DNA of 64,000 bases from the human T2T-CHM13v2.0 reference genome, Homo sapiens (GCF_009914755.1 NC_060929.1), one strand, 5' to 3'; counted from the first letter of the stretch, positions 15,475 through 32,100 are shown. Translations and numbers: made by a program. The notes: generated by a model not told the origin, from the sequence alone.

Positions 15475-17073
15475 TAAACACAATTTGACCAATGTTTATT
15501 TCTACCCAGCATTGGGTATCTGTATTAAAGATTCATTAAAACTACCTTTCTATAATCCTGTAGAAATCAACAGTTTATTAAGAGTAAAGTCCTCTCTTCC
15601 CAACAGCATTTTCCCCCAGAATATTCATCAGGATGTTTTCTATCCCTCCACTATACATGTGTAATATAGGCAAAGTCTACAAATATTCACTACTGTCCTA
15701 ATTCTGGATATAAATATTACAATTGAAAAACTATAAATTGTTCTACATGTTGGGTATATTTGAGGAAAATGAAAGTATTATACTTAGTCACAAATAGGAA
15801 ATTAAAATATTTGAGAAATAAGAAATATTTAGTGAAAAACATTAATAAAATTTGCCAAACTAATACCGTATTGCAATTTATAGTCGGGAAAATAAAGATG
15901 AACACGTATTGTCTTTACTTTCACATTTTTGTTTTTAATGTTTACATGACCCTCCACTATGCTGAACAAATATGTTCTTCTAATAGTTGTATTAAATTGT
16001 TTATATTAATTATTTTTACAGCTCAAATATTTAAAGGAGTGAATTGGAAAATACTTCATTAATGCATCGAAGTTGCAAATATTTTTTCATAAAACCCCAC
16101 TTTGTGCTACTTAAAAGGATCACTGGATAGCAAGAATAACTGCATTCCTATCATATTTCTTCAGCTGTATCTATAGAATTAAAAGTAATTGTCCACTGAA
16201 TTACAGTATAGGTTAATCCTTCTTTAGTGAAAGAGCAGATTCCAATGTAAATTCTCCAAAAGTTCTTAAAGATTGCCTTTCTGGGTGTTTACAAGAATGG
16301 AACTAAACACCACGATAGCAGCTTCTTTGTCAGCTGCTTGATGACTGTCACCAAACTCATGCAAAAGACAGAGATTTCATACTCTTTCCATTAAGAAGTC
16401 TCGGTCAATTGCCTGGAGCATGCAAATCTCCGAGGACTACCTTTTTCAGTGCTTGGATAGCACACCAGCTGTTCCTGACACTATTAAACACTAAATACCC
16501 AGGAGGTAAGAGCAGGAGGTTGTGGTTGGGGCATGTTTAATGTGCCACAAGGAAATAATACAGTCAATGATTTGCACAGAATCTGAAGTAGTCTGGTATG
16601 TAGCAGTGAGCTTGAAATTTATTCTCTTATCATTTGAATCCAGGGATGACAATATAACCACTCTAAATGGTTATATCTGCAGAGAGAATGCAGCTCATAG
16701 AGAGAACACTCTTGTATAAGTGGTCAGGGCCAGAGTGCAGAATTTGCAATGGAGAGTATCAAGTCACTTCAAGTTCCCATATAACACTGCTTTGTTCAGT
16801 AACAAATTAGTGTATATTTAGTAACAAAGCCAGCAATAAAAGTTATTTTATAGTAATAACTATATTCTATATCTTATACTGTCACTCAAAGGGAATAAAT
16901 ATTTATAAAACTATGATAAAGCAAAGAACAGAGAAACTGATCATTGAGTATGACAGAACTATGACGAAGAGGCATCAGGAGATGCCCACATGATACAAAC
17001 TCCAACTAAATAAGTGATCACTAACATTTAAATGACTATGAGTTAGAATTCACATGAGATCCGATTTGGATAT

Positions 17074-17502
17074 TGTATTGGTCAGCTCAGGCTGCAATAA
17101 CAAAATACCACAGGCTGGGTGTCCTAAACAATAGAAATCTATGTTCTCACAATTTTGGACACAGGAAGTTTGAGATCAAAGAGCAGAAAAATTGGGTTTC
17201 TGATGAGACCTCTCTTCCTGGCTTCTCACTGTGTTCTCCTATGCCCTTTCCTCTGTGCTCAGACAGAGAGAGGGAGAGAGGCAGAGACAGAGAGAGAGAG
17301 AGAGACAGAGAGAGGATCTCCTCTCTGTTGTATCTCCCTTTTTTTTTTAATAAGGTCACCACTTCTATTGGATTAGGACCCACCCTTAGGACTTCATTTA
17401 ACCTTAATTACCACCTGAAAGGGTCTATCTCCAAATACAGTCACATTCACGGTTAGAGCTTCCACATATGAATTTCAGGAGGATTCAAGTCAGTTCATAA
17501 CA
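17074..17502 (-). mobile_element. MaLR LTR (MLT1A-like) with internal (GA)n
   Basis: tgtattggtc...gctgcaataacaaaataccacaggctgggt; ends ...cataaca; GA tract ~17261-17312. Confidence 0.8.
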
Positions 17503-17783
17503 TATCATTTTAGTATACAGATATGTATATGTTAAACTATATGTGGAAATTTAACAACTTAGTAAAGCATAATTTATTTCTATGTTGTAAAATTATAGTC
17601 ATAACATAATGTGATCTCAGTAATTCGCAAGCAAACATTCATATCATAATAAAACTCTGATAGACTTATTAAACAGGCATACATTACCTAGATGAATTAA
17701 CTTAAATTTGAGTCAATATTTTTTGTCCAAATTATGTTGAAAACACTAATAAAAAGTATAATGTTTCACTTTTTAGATTCAAT

Positions 17784-17873
17784 TTTGAGAATTCATACAT
17801 ATAATATCTTATATGGTCAGACAATACATTTGAGAATTCATACATGTAATGTCTTATATGGTCAGACAATACA
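17784..17873. repeat. 45-bp tandem duplication
   Basis: Two copies of tttgagaattcatacatRtaatRtcttatatggtcagacaataca, 2 mismatches. Confidence 0.95.
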
Positions 17874-18154
17874 TTTACACAGACACAAATGCACAGAACG
17901 ATTTAATAGTTTGTAATTACTCCACTCAAGTTAATGAGTATATGAAGTGCCAGGCACACTGTCCAAGGTGCTAGGGAAACACCTTGAACAAAATTGAGAG
18001 ACCAACTCCTGAAATCTTATATCTTATCTAAAGGGGAATGGGAGGAGAAACAGATTCGAGGTGAGAGATTTTAGATGGTAATCAGGAAAAGCAATTTTGT
18101 AAAATTTCATTTATGTAGAGACCTGAATAATTTTTTGCACTTTCCTTTTCCCCC

Positions 18155-18465
18155 TAATTTATTTATTCTTTACTTGACAATATTGTATGTATTTCTTGTA
18201 TAGAGCACGTTTTGAAATATGTATACATTGTGGAATGACTAAACTGAGCTAATTAACTTATGGATTCCCTTACATATGTATCCCTTTATGTAGTCAGAAC
18301 ACTTAAAATCTACTTTCCTAGCAATTTTCAAGAATACAATATATTCCTATTAGCTGGAGTCACCATGTTGTGTGCTAGATGTCCAGAATTTATTTCTCCT
18401 GTCTAACTGAAATTGTGTATACTTCGAGCAACATCTCCCTAGTCACTCAGTTTCCCCTAACCACC
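18155..18465 (-). mobile_element. L1MA-like 3' UTR, interrupted at 18466 and resuming at 20302-20335
   Basis: gaacacttaaaatctact...tctaactgaaattgtgta...taaccacc, then after the insert ccacaattctactcactgcttctgtgagtt. Confidence 0.8.
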
Positions 18466-18772
18466 TGTATTAGTCTGTTCTCATACTGCTATGAAGAAAT
18501 ACCAGAGGCTGGGTCATTCATAAAGAAAAAAGGTTTAATTGACTCATAGTTGAGTATGGCTGGGAAGCCCTCAGGAAACTTACAATCAGGAGGGAAGGTG
18601 AAGGGGAAGAAAGGCACCTTCTTCACAGGGGAGCAGGAAGAAGAAGTGCCAAGCAAAGGGGAAAAAGCCCCTTATAAGAACATCAGATTTCATGAAAACC
18701 CACTCACTATCATGAGAACAGCATGGGGGAAACCGCCTCCATGATCTGATTACCTCCACCTGGTTCTGCCTT
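18466..18772 (-). mobile_element. THE1D/MSTA-like LTR lacking its 5' ~60 bp
   Basis: tgtattagtctgttctcatactgctatgaagaaatac... is the antisense THE1/MST 3' end; breaks off after tacctccacctggttctgcc. Confidence 0.88.
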
Positions 18773-18779
18773 CAATCCA

Positions 18780-19757
18780 ATCAGTTCTCCAGAAGGCTGT
18801 ATATGCTCTGAATCAGTGTCCAATATATGGTACCATTTCTCGCATAGCCAGGATTCACCAGTCCAGAAATCAAAGGGTGGACACGGAACCACTCACCATC
18901 ACCCCTAGTGATCCACTAGCAAACTTCTTGCTTCCTGTTTCTGCGACATTACATTCTGCTGGCCTAGTAGTCTTAGTTCCAGAGGGAGAAATGCTGACAC
19001 CAGGAGATACAACAATGATTCCATTAAACTGGAAGTTAAGATTGCCACCTGGCCAGTTTGGGCTCCTGCTAACTCTAAGTTAACAGGCTAAGAAGGGAGT
19101 TACAGTGTTGGCTGGCATGATTGACCTGGATTATCAAGGTGAAATCAGTTTACTACTCCACGATGGAGGTAAAGAAGAGTATGTGTGGAATACAGGAAAT
19201 ATCTTAGGGCATCTCTTAGTATTACCATGGCCTGTGATTAACATCAATGGGAAACTACAACCACCCAATCCAGGCAGACACAATTGGCCCGGACTCTTCA
19301 GAAATGAAGGTTTGGGTCACTCCACCAGGTAAAAAAAAAACATGACCTGCTGAGGTGCTTGCTGAAGAAAAAGGGAATACAGAATGGGTAGTAGAAGAAG
19401 GTCATCATCTATACCAGCCACGACCACGTGACTCGTTGCAGAAATGAGTACTGTAATTGTCATGAATACTTTTTCTTTATTTTGTTAAGAATATGTTTGT
19501 GCATGTATACATTTGTACTAAGAAAAATATCTTCATTTTCTTTATCATGTGACACAAGATTTATTGATTTCATATCAGCATTTAAGTGTTGTTAACTTTA
19601 TGTAATAGCATTTAGGTTAAGGATTAGTGTGCTTCGGGTTGTATGAGGGATAACTGTATTAAGTTAGGTGTAATTATGACCTTATTGTTGTCTTTATTTG
19701 GGGATTATGTATGACTTCAGGAGTTGTGTATGGGTTCAAGTTGACAAGAGGTGGACT
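18780..19757 (+). mobile_element. HERV-L internal 3' region (integrase tail, disrupted dUTPase, PPT)
   Basis: ORFs 18877..19083 and 19105..19332 read IPLNWKLRLPPGQFGLL ... AGMIDLDYQGEISLLLH (retroviral dUTPase motifs), split by an in-frame TAA at 19081; purine tract before the LTR. Confidence 0.9.
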
Positions 19758-20301
19758 TGTGATGGTTAATATAGAGTGTCAACTTGATTAGATTGAAGGA
19801 TGCAAATTATTTTTACTGGATGTGTCTGTGAGGTTGTTGCCAAAGGAGATTAACATTTGAGTCAGTGGACTGGGAGAAGCTCACTTGCTCTCAATCTGGG
19901 TGGGCACAATCTAATCAGCTGCCAGTGCAGCTAGAATAAAGCAGTCAGAATAAGGTGGAAGGAGCTGACTTGCTGAGTCTTCTGGCCCTCATCCGTCTCC
20001 TGTGCTAGATGCTTCCTGCCTTCAAATATCAGACTCCAAGTTCTTTGGCTTTTGGACTCTTGGACATACACCTGTGGTTTGTCAGGGGCTCTTAGGCCTT
20101 CAGTTACAGACTGAAGGCTGTACTGTTAGCTTCCCTGCATTTGAGGTTTTGGGACTTGAACTGGCTTCCTTGCTCTTTATCTTGCAGATGGCTGATTGTG
20201 GGACTTCACCTTGCGATCTTGTGAATCAATACTCCTTAATAAACCCCCCTTCATACATACATCGATCCATTAGTTCTGTCCCTGTAGAAAACCCTAATAC
20301 A
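19758..20301 (+). mobile_element. MLT2A-type LTR (HERV-L 3' LTR)
   Basis: tgtgatggttaatatagagtgtcaacttgattagattgaagg ... aataaa ... aaccctaataca. Confidence 0.9.
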
Positions 20302-21211
20302 CCACAATTCTACTCACTGCTTCTGTGAGTTTTAATTCCATGCAGAGGCAGCTCTGGGTGAAAAAGGTCCTGAAAGTGTTGAGGGAAACCTCAGGAATAT
20401 CAGAGCCACCTTCACTGCGGATCAAAAATCAGATGGAAGAGGTGGCAGAGAAAATGGTCATGTATGACTTTTTAAGCCACTGTTAGGACTCCTGTGGGGT
20501 TTAACTACCCTTTCTACATTGATTTATTTTTATCTCATTATCTCTACCTATCTAGTATACTTACCCACTAACCTGTATTTCAGTTTTTATTAACATGAAA
20601 GAGATATAACTAACTACACATTAATTTTTCCCCAATACAAAACAGAAATTTAGTATACTTGCACACAATTTATACTTATTGTATGGTGCAATTGCATTAA
20701 TTTAAAATTACATGAAAGCTTAACTAAAATAAAAATATACTGAGTGAGAATGTAACAAAGTGAGTAGTACTTTACAATTTGTAATGACGATTTGATTTAC
20801 ATAGTATTTTCATCTGTGATTAAATTTTGTTGTTTTCCAGTGTAATTTCTTGAACCTTATTTTATTCATTAAATATATTGAACAGGCATTTTATAAAAGC
20901 ACATAAAAATCCATCTCACAATTTTTAACCAATTTCCTTTCAGCGGACACTTTGTTAAGAGGATTTTGTTTATTTCCTCTATTACAAACAATTCTGCTAT
21001 TAGTAAATTCTTGCCATTGCCACAGCTGGATCAAAAAGCATATAGATTCAACATATTGAGCTGTATTGTCAAGGTGACTATCAGAAATTGTACTTCTTTA
21101 CATTCCTATCAACAAGGTATATTTTCTAACATTCTCATCAGCCCATATCCTAATTATATGTATTTTTTATTTTATGCTTGAACTTTAACAGCATGTAGTT
21201 TTTGGTCATTT

Positions 21212-21214
<3 letters not shown>

Positions 21215-21244
<30 letters not shown>
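21215..21244. repeat. (GT)n microsatellite
   Basis: About 15 GT units. Confidence 0.95.
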
Positions 21245-21247
<3 letters not shown>

Positions 21248-21822
21248 AGCTGCACTCTTTCTTAACCCACTTTTTTCATGTATTATATCTGTGTCTATCT
21301 GTTGAAAGGTTAATTTACTAACTTATCTTTATTTGGTTTCATTTTTATGTGGTTATTTTAAATGGTTTTCTTTCGTGTGAATGTGTTTATATCTATGTGT
21401 GCATGTGTGGTATATACACCTTAACAACTATTATCCTTTAGTTGTGTTTGGTAAACTTATGTGGGTTTTATAGTTTAGTCTTCTGAATTTCTATACAATG
21501 AGTGTATGGGTTCTGAAGCCCAGACCAGGCAAGCCAGCTTAATTTCATGACATAACTACAGAGGGCTTGCTTCTGCTATTTTATGTATCATGTAATAATC
21601 ATCTTTTATTTATTTGATTTAATTAAGACTAATAATATAAAGGCTTGGGATAAATTTTAAGAATCATCTGGCACAATGTTTCCATTTTACAATCCAATAC
21701 TTGAAGGCCAGTGATGTTAAAATCATTCTTATTGGTACTTAAAGACATTCTCATCCAAAAGGTAGCAAGTTGAGAGTGGAACTGAGCCCCACTAAGTCAC
21801 AGTTTCAGTTAAAGTAGTCATA

Positions 21823-21887
21823 GTTAATTCATTCATGTCTTCTTTCAATCAATTTTGTTAATTCATTCATGTCTTCTTTCAATCAAT
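21823..21887. repeat. 31-bp direct duplication with ttt spacer
   Basis: gttaattcattcatgtcttctttcaatcaat twice, identical. Confidence 0.92.
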
Positions 21888-23519
21888 AAGTATTTACATT
21901 TGTATACTATGCACCAGATGCTACTTTCAATGAACAATATAAAAAGTATGTTACATAATTATTTATTTTGTAAAATGCTACTTCTAGCATGACAGTTTTG
22001 TATTCTAGGTATTATTTCCATTGGAAGTATTAAATAAACTTGCTAGGAAGACAGAAAATAGATAAATATAAGCAGATTATATTGAATATATGGCCTCTAG
22101 AAAATATTTTTAAGATTTTCCATATGTATAGGAATATTCTAGTAATTGCATGTGCTCTTGCTTTTTATCACTCTGCCATTGTCTTAACAGGTTGAGGTCC
22201 TCACCTTCTCACAATTGGAAAGCTGAAATGAATCCTGTCTGCCTTCTCCTTCAGCCCCTTCAGTTCCTTTAACATAGGAACATGGGAGTCTTTGAGCCAA
22301 CTCACAAGATTGATCCTATTACTTTCATTGATTACAAAAATAAAATGGAAATAAACAAAACAGAACAAAAACACATAAAGCTCTAAGGGGTTTCTATCCC
22401 TATTTTTAAAAAATCATCTAAACTCATTGACATGTTCTGAACAGCGTGACATGAACAGATTTCAAATGTGCCTTGCAGATTAGATTCCAACTGTGCTGCC
22501 AGAGACCCCATGCTGTGACTACTCATACTTATTTACTGTTTATGATGAGGCTCTTTCATGCCTCTGTGCTCTTGAATAGGTGATTCTGCTACCTGGAGGA
22601 CATTTGCCTCACCGTTGATGTCCAGGTCCATGTCACTTGTGTGAACTCTTTCATTTCTGATCTCAAACAGAGATAATTTGTTCACTCCTCTATAATCTCA
22701 TCACACTTAGAATATTTTGAGCTTTCAAAACTCAGTACATGTTTTTTCTTACTATAGTAAAACAATTTTACACCAACAGCCTTATCATATTTATCTTTAT
22801 ACACCCAGCACCTAGCAGAGATCTGTCATTAAGTCCAAAATAAATGTTTATTGATTAGATATGTATAGTACTCACATAGACTTTTACACAGAAAAGACAG
22901 AAATACAATACACAGAATTCTGTAAAGAGTGACCTGGTAGCTGGTTATGATCTTTAGAGTCATTTTCAATACTAAATTGGGGGTTCTGCTGATATTGAAT
23001 TTTCTAATGTACTTCACTGTTTTCAATTTAGAGAGTACAACCAAAAGTAAGCAGCATTACTTTAAGAAAAATCACATAGGCAAGAAGACTTAGCCAATTT
23101 ATGGAATGCAAACCAGGAGAGTTAATGTAAATTTCTTTGCAGAATAACATGAACGTTTCTCAGAACTGATGCATGTAACAAAAAGAGAGAGATTTCATGT
23201 AGCAAATCAGTTTCTTTTTGCTTTTGTCTTGTGTATATACATTGCATTATGATCTAGAGATAAAACAGAATTAGGAAAATTATATTTTCTAATTCTTATT
23301 TCAGAATTATAAATATACTAAAGTTGCTTTCAAAATAAAAATGCAAAAGAAAATTGAAATTTATTTTCAAATAAAATTTAAAAATTGTACATTCTATTAT
23401 ATAAAAAAGGCATTATGCAGCAGAGAAATGTAAAACAGAAAGAATATGTGTGTGTGTGTGTGTGTGTGCATGTAAGATGCTACAAAGGAATGGAATACTA
23501 TAAGACATTGAAACAAGGG

Positions 23520-23944
23520 TGTGCTAGCTAATTTTAAGTGTCAACTTGACTGAATTAAGGAATACCTAGAGAACTGGTAAAGCACTACTCCTCGATGTGT
23601 CTGTGAGGGTGTTTTCAGAGAAGATTGCATGTGAGTCAGTGGATTGGATGAGAAAGATCCACCCTTAGTGTGGGTAGATACCATACAATCAGTTGGAAGC
23701 CCAAATAGAACAACAATAACAAAAAGATGGAAGAAAAGCTATTTTCTCTTTTGCATGTACGTTCTCTCTTGCCCTTCTACCTTCCCTCATGGAATCATGC
23801 AGAAAGAGTGCCCATACTGGATGCAACTTCTCAATCTTGGACTGCCTGTCCTCCAGAACTATAGGTCAAATGAATTTCTCTTCATGATAAACTTCCCAGT
23901 CTTAGGTATTCTATTACAGGAGCACAAAACAGACTAATTGGTCA
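23520..23944 (+). mobile_element. Chimeric 5' LTR: MLT2B-like 5' half plus MSTC/D-like 3' half
   Basis: Begins tgtgctagctaattttaagtgtcaacttgactgaattaaggaatacctagagaactgg (MLT2B); from ~23750 reads ctctcttgcccttc...cctccagaact...cccagtcttaggtattctattacag...cagactaa (MST). Confidence 0.75.
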
Positions 23945-25180
23945 GAAAATTGATGCCAATTGGAGTTGTTGCTATAACAAACACCTGAAAATGTGAAAGT
24001 GACTTTGAAACTGCGTAATGGATGAGACTGGAAGAATTTAGAGGAACAAACTATGAAAAAACCTAGATCACCATGAACACAGTATTAAGAGAAATTCTGG
24101 TGAGGGCTCAGAAGAAAAGAAATGTAGGTAGAGTCTGATAGTTCTTAGAGAGTTTTTAAGTGGTTGTAATTGGAATGTTCATAGAAATATGAGCAGTAAG
24201 GGTTGTTCTTATGCAGTCTGAGATGGAACTTAAGAACAAGGTATTGGAAACTGGAATAAAGGTAGTCCTTGTCATACAGGATTATGAAATACAAACCAGA
24301 GGAGAGTTAATGTAAATTTCTTTGAAGAATGACATGAATCTTTTTCAGAACTGATGCATGACAAAAAAAGAGAGTGCTATTTCATGTTTCAAATAACTGG
24401 TAGAATTGTTTTCATATCCTAGGACTTTGTGGAAAGTAGAACTTAAGAGCAATGACCTAAGATACTCAGCAGAAGAAATATCTAAGCACCACAGCATTTA
24501 GTGTGCTGCATGGCTTCTTTAAGCCACTTGAAGTAAAATGAGAGAGGAGAGGATGATTTAAAGACAGAACTTAAAATTAAATTAAGGCAGAAAGTAAAAT
24601 TTTTGAGTATTTTAGCCTAGCCATCTAATAAATGAAAAGTGTGTTTATGAGATCAAACTAAGGGGGTGGCCAAGCTACCCTTTGCTAAAGAGATTACTAT
24701 GGAAAGAAGGGGGGCAGGTGCTATTCTTCAAAACACTGGTTGAAGGACTCAGAAGGCATTTCAGAGCACCTCAAGGCTTCCTTTGCCATCACAAGCCCAG
24801 TGCTCTGGGAGGGCAGAATGGTTTTCATGGATAGATCCAGAGTGCCCTCCACAGACTCACTGCTGAGAACTATCTAGGGACTCTGCTTCCCACATTCCAG
24901 CACAATGCTCTTCAGCCACCCCAGCCATGTCTCAAGTGGGCCCAGGGGAGCTTTGACCCACCACTCAGGAAGGTACAAGCTGTAAACCTTGGCTGTAGGG
25001 TGTTTATTCTGGAGGCATGCAGAGTGAGTGGGCTGTAAGATCATGGTAGCTTTCACCTAGAGTTAAAAGAATGTCACAGAAACCCTGGGGACCTAGTCAC
25101 ATACTTGTCACAAGGGCAAACTCACCCCAGACAGCCCCAGCTATGGCAATGCCCTATACATCTGTACGAATGAGGCCATG

Positions 25181-27638
<2,458 letters not shown>

Positions 27639-28228
27639 CCATGTCAGAGAGTCCCCAACCAGACAAAGCATAGTGGATCCCTGAGAGTAGAGCTGGTCTC
27701 AAGAAACCAAACTGTAGGGCCATCAGCATGCTACTCCAAACTGGGAAAGCTATAGGCATAAGACTCTAGCCCTTAAGATGTGCTGGGTATACCAAGCCCA
27801 GCAAAGTCATAGGAGTGTAGCTTTCTGAGGCCTTGGGGGCCCAAATTCTACCCCCATGTGTGCAGACATTATTCTCTACCTATAAGACTTAATGTTGTTT
27901 ACCCTGTTGGGCTTTGGACTTACTTGAGAATAGTTACCCCTTTCTTCTTGGCTAACTCTCCCTTTTGGTATAGGAATGTCTATCCTATGCCTGTCCCACC
28001 ATTGTATTTTGGAAGCAGGTAACTTGTAAATTCACAGGCTCACAACTAAAGAGGAATTTGCTTCAGAATGGATCACGGTTTGAATCTCACCCATATCTGG
28101 TTTAGATGGAATTTTGGACTTTGGACTTTGGAGTTGATGTTGGAACAAGTTAAGACTTTAGGGGCTACTGGCATAGAATGAATGCATTTGATTGTGAAAA
28201 GGACATTAATTTTGAGGGCCAGGGTGGA

Positions 28229-29143
28229 TTATTGGCACCACTCACCATTACCCCTGGTGACCCACTAACAAATTTTTGCTTCTTGTTCCTGCAACTTTGT
28301 GCTCTGCTGGCCTGCAGGTCTTAGTTCCAGAGAAAGGAATGCTTCCACCATGACACATAACAGTGATTCCATTAAACTCAAAGCTAAGACTGCCACCAGG
28401 ATACTTTGGGCTCCTCATGCATCTAAGTCAACAGTCTAAGAAGGGAGTTATAATCTTGGCTGGGGTGATTGATCTAGAATAGTGAGGTGAAATTGGACTA
28501 CTACTCCACAATAGAGGTAAGGTAGAGCATGTCTAGAATACAGAAGATCCCTTAGGTTTTCTCTAGTTTTATCATGCCCTATGTTTAAGGTCAATGGGAA
28601 GTTACAATAATTCAATCTATGTAGGACCAGGAATGACCCAGAGTCTTCCTGTAAAGAACCATGAACAGCTGATGTACTTGTGGAAGGCAAAGGGAATACA
28701 GAATGGGAAGTAGAAGAAGATGTTAATAAATGCCAGCTATGAGCACATGACTAGTTGTAGAAATGAAGACTAATTATCATAAGTATTTTTTCTATATTTT
28801 TTAGAATATGTTTATGTGTATTTATACATATATTAAGAAATACTTGTTTTTCTTTATGTTTTATTCTTTCATCATCAAATATAAAATATATTGATTTTAT
28901 ATTAGTCTTTAAGTATTGTTAATTTTATATCATAGCATTTAAGTTATGGGACATTAGGCAAAGGGTAAGCATCACCCAAAGACTTTATCTCCTCTTCAGG
29001 GGAAGGAATTAAATTATTTTTAATTGTACAAAGGATACTTGTATCATATTAGGGGGAATTATTACCTTGCTATTGTCTTTATTTGGAGATTAAGTATGGC
29101 TTAAGGAAATGCATATGGGTGCCAAGTTAATAAGGGTTGGATT
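28229..29143 (+). mobile_element. ERVL internal 3' region (degenerate dUTPase, PPT)
   Basis: Colinear with 18888-19757 in this window (accactcaccat.acccct.gtga.ccacta.caaa; aagaagggagtta; PPT aagggttggatt). Confidence 0.85.
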
Positions 29144-29936
29144 TGTGATGGTTAATTTTAGGTGTCAGCTTGACTGAATTAAGGAATACCTAGTGGTATG
29201 GTTTGGCTCTGTGTCCCCACCCAAATCTTATCTTCAATTGTACTCCCATAATTCCCATGTGTTGTGGGAGGGACCTGGTGGAAGAAAACTGAATTATGGG
29301 GGCAGTTTCTCCCATAATGTTCTTCTGGTGGTAAATGAGTCCACGAGATCTGATGGTTTGTTTTATCAGGGGTTTCTGCTTTTGCGTCTTCCTCATTCTC
29401 TCTTCACCTACGGGCATCCATGTAAGAAGTGACTTGCTCCTCTTTGCCTTTTGCCATGATTGTGAAGCTTCCCCAGCCATGTGAAACTGTAAGTTCAATT
29501 AAACCTCTTTCTTTTGAAAATTGCCCAGTCTTGGGTATGTCTTTATCAACAGCGTGAAAATGGTCTAATACACCTAGAGAATTGGGAAAGCACTACTTCT
29601 GTGTGTGTCTGTGAGGGTGTTTCCAGAGGAGATTTGCATGTGAGTCAGTGGACTGAGTGAGGAAGATCCACCCTCAATGAGGGCAGGGACCATCCAATTA
29701 GCTGGGGGCCTGGATAGAATTAAAATGGCAGAAAAAAAGTGATTTCCACATGAGTGTGCATTCTTGCTGTTTCACCTTCCACCATAGGATAGCACAGCAA
29801 GAAAGATTTGTCCAGATGTAGCCATTCAATCCTGGACTTTTCAGCCTCCAGAACTGTCAGCCAAGTAGATTTCTGTTCATGATAAATTACCCAGTCTTGG
29901 GTATTTTGTTTTAACAGTACAAAATAGATTATAACA
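29144..29936 (+). mobile_element. Chimeric 3' LTR (MLT2B-like plus MST-like), interrupted by a THE1 solo LTR
   Basis: tgtgatggttaattttaggtgtcagcttgactgaattaaggaatacctag[THE1]agaattgggaaagcactact...; switches near 29745 to MST-like cagcctccagaactgt...aaattacccagtcttgggtatt; aligns with 23520-23944 across both halves. Confidence 0.78.
29194..29572 (+). mobile_element. THE1 (A/B-like) solo LTR
   Basis: tggtatggtttggctctgtgtccccacccaaatct...ctaataca; perfect TSD cctag (29189-29193 / 29573-29577). Confidence 0.93.
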
Positions 29937-30051
29937 ATAAGATCTGCTTTGTTCTGTGGGTCCTCTTTCTGTTTGCTTAGATTCATAAATGGCTTCTCCA
30001 TCCTCTTTATCTTCAGCCAAGACAGCATATAAGGTATTTTACAAGAATTAG

Positions 30052-30423
<372 letters not shown>

Positions 30424-30769
30424 TAACAGAATTTTTAAAAAAATTTCTGAAGATGAGTCTGGAATAGTGAGGGCTAAGAATTCTCCTAGAAGAACTTATC
30501 AATTAGGAGAGGCTGCATAGCTTGACATTGTGATTATAATCTTTGTCTCTGTGGCCTAACTTCTGAATTCCAGATTAACCATTAAACAATTGTGTGGTCT
30601 CAAGCAAATTTATCTTTGCTTTAGTTCCCTCATTTGCAGAAAAGGTGAAAAAACATAGCATCAATTTTCTAGTGGTATTAAATGTGTTAATATTTACATA
30701 TAAAGGAATTATAATAGAGTTTTCCACGTATTACTGCTATTCTAGGGTATGTAAAATAAAACAAATACC

Positions 30770-31060
<291 letters not shown>

Positions 31061-32100
31061 AAAATAATACAAATACCTACATACTCAATCTCTGTTCTCC
31101 TGCACCACGTGTAGGGTATGACTTCCGAAAGTGTGACACTTGCAAGACTCCTATCCTCAACTCTCACCCCTGAATATTCAAATACTGATCTGGAATTTAT
31201 CTTCTGTGTATTAGAAAAGGGAGGTTTTGAATATATATTTAAAATATATTAAAATGCCAACAAGTAGATAATAATGATATTGGATCACTTTATTAGAGAC
31301 CCAAGGGAAAAGAATTATACATTTGTTAAGTCTTCATGAAATAATGAAAACCTTTAAGATGGACTAGAAAAGACATGTCATAAAAATCCCCCAGAGTAGA
31401 AATGATGCCTCCTTGAACTGTACTTCTAAGATCAGAGCATCCAATTTGGTTTTTCTCTGCTTAACACCCCGACCTTGCTCAGCGTGGGCCCTGAGTAGCC
31501 CCAGCACATCTAATGCTGTGACAGCAACTTATGATTTGGTATTCAGTCCAAGGCCCCAGAAGCACTCTAACGTTATAAAACCTTCCTCTTAGATCTGTCC
31601 TAAATATTTCAGACTATACATATTTACACCTTGTGATTCAAACCTACTTTGATGGATAAGTGAATCCATTTTTATGAGCACTTTATCTCTCAGCTGTGTG
31701 CCAAGAATTCTATAGTACCATAAATATCAATACAAATGCTAATGCCTGCGTCCAGTGACACACATTGAACTCCAACTTATGGTGTTGCCTTCTTTATACC
31801 TAATGTCATTTGAAATTATTTTCATACTTGCTGTTAGGAAATTCCATAGAAATAATGATGAAATGTCTGAGTATGGAATATACTCACTCAGGGGCTCTCA
31901 GCGATAATTCAGTAAGCTTTGTATTTTTTCTGTGTAGCATCATATTATTATAGGGCAAATAAATCAGTTTTGATGCAAATGTATTTGGCCAAGGTGTTAA
32001 GGACCAGTTCCTGTGACTAATTAGAGTTTAATGTACACCCTACATACCTAACATTATTTATTTTGATTTGATCAGATGCCTCTGCCATGTTAAGAGTAAG

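Noticed and set aside
18877-19332. Functional dUTPase gene
   Set aside because: HERV-L remnant with an in-frame stop at 19081 and no authentic start context.
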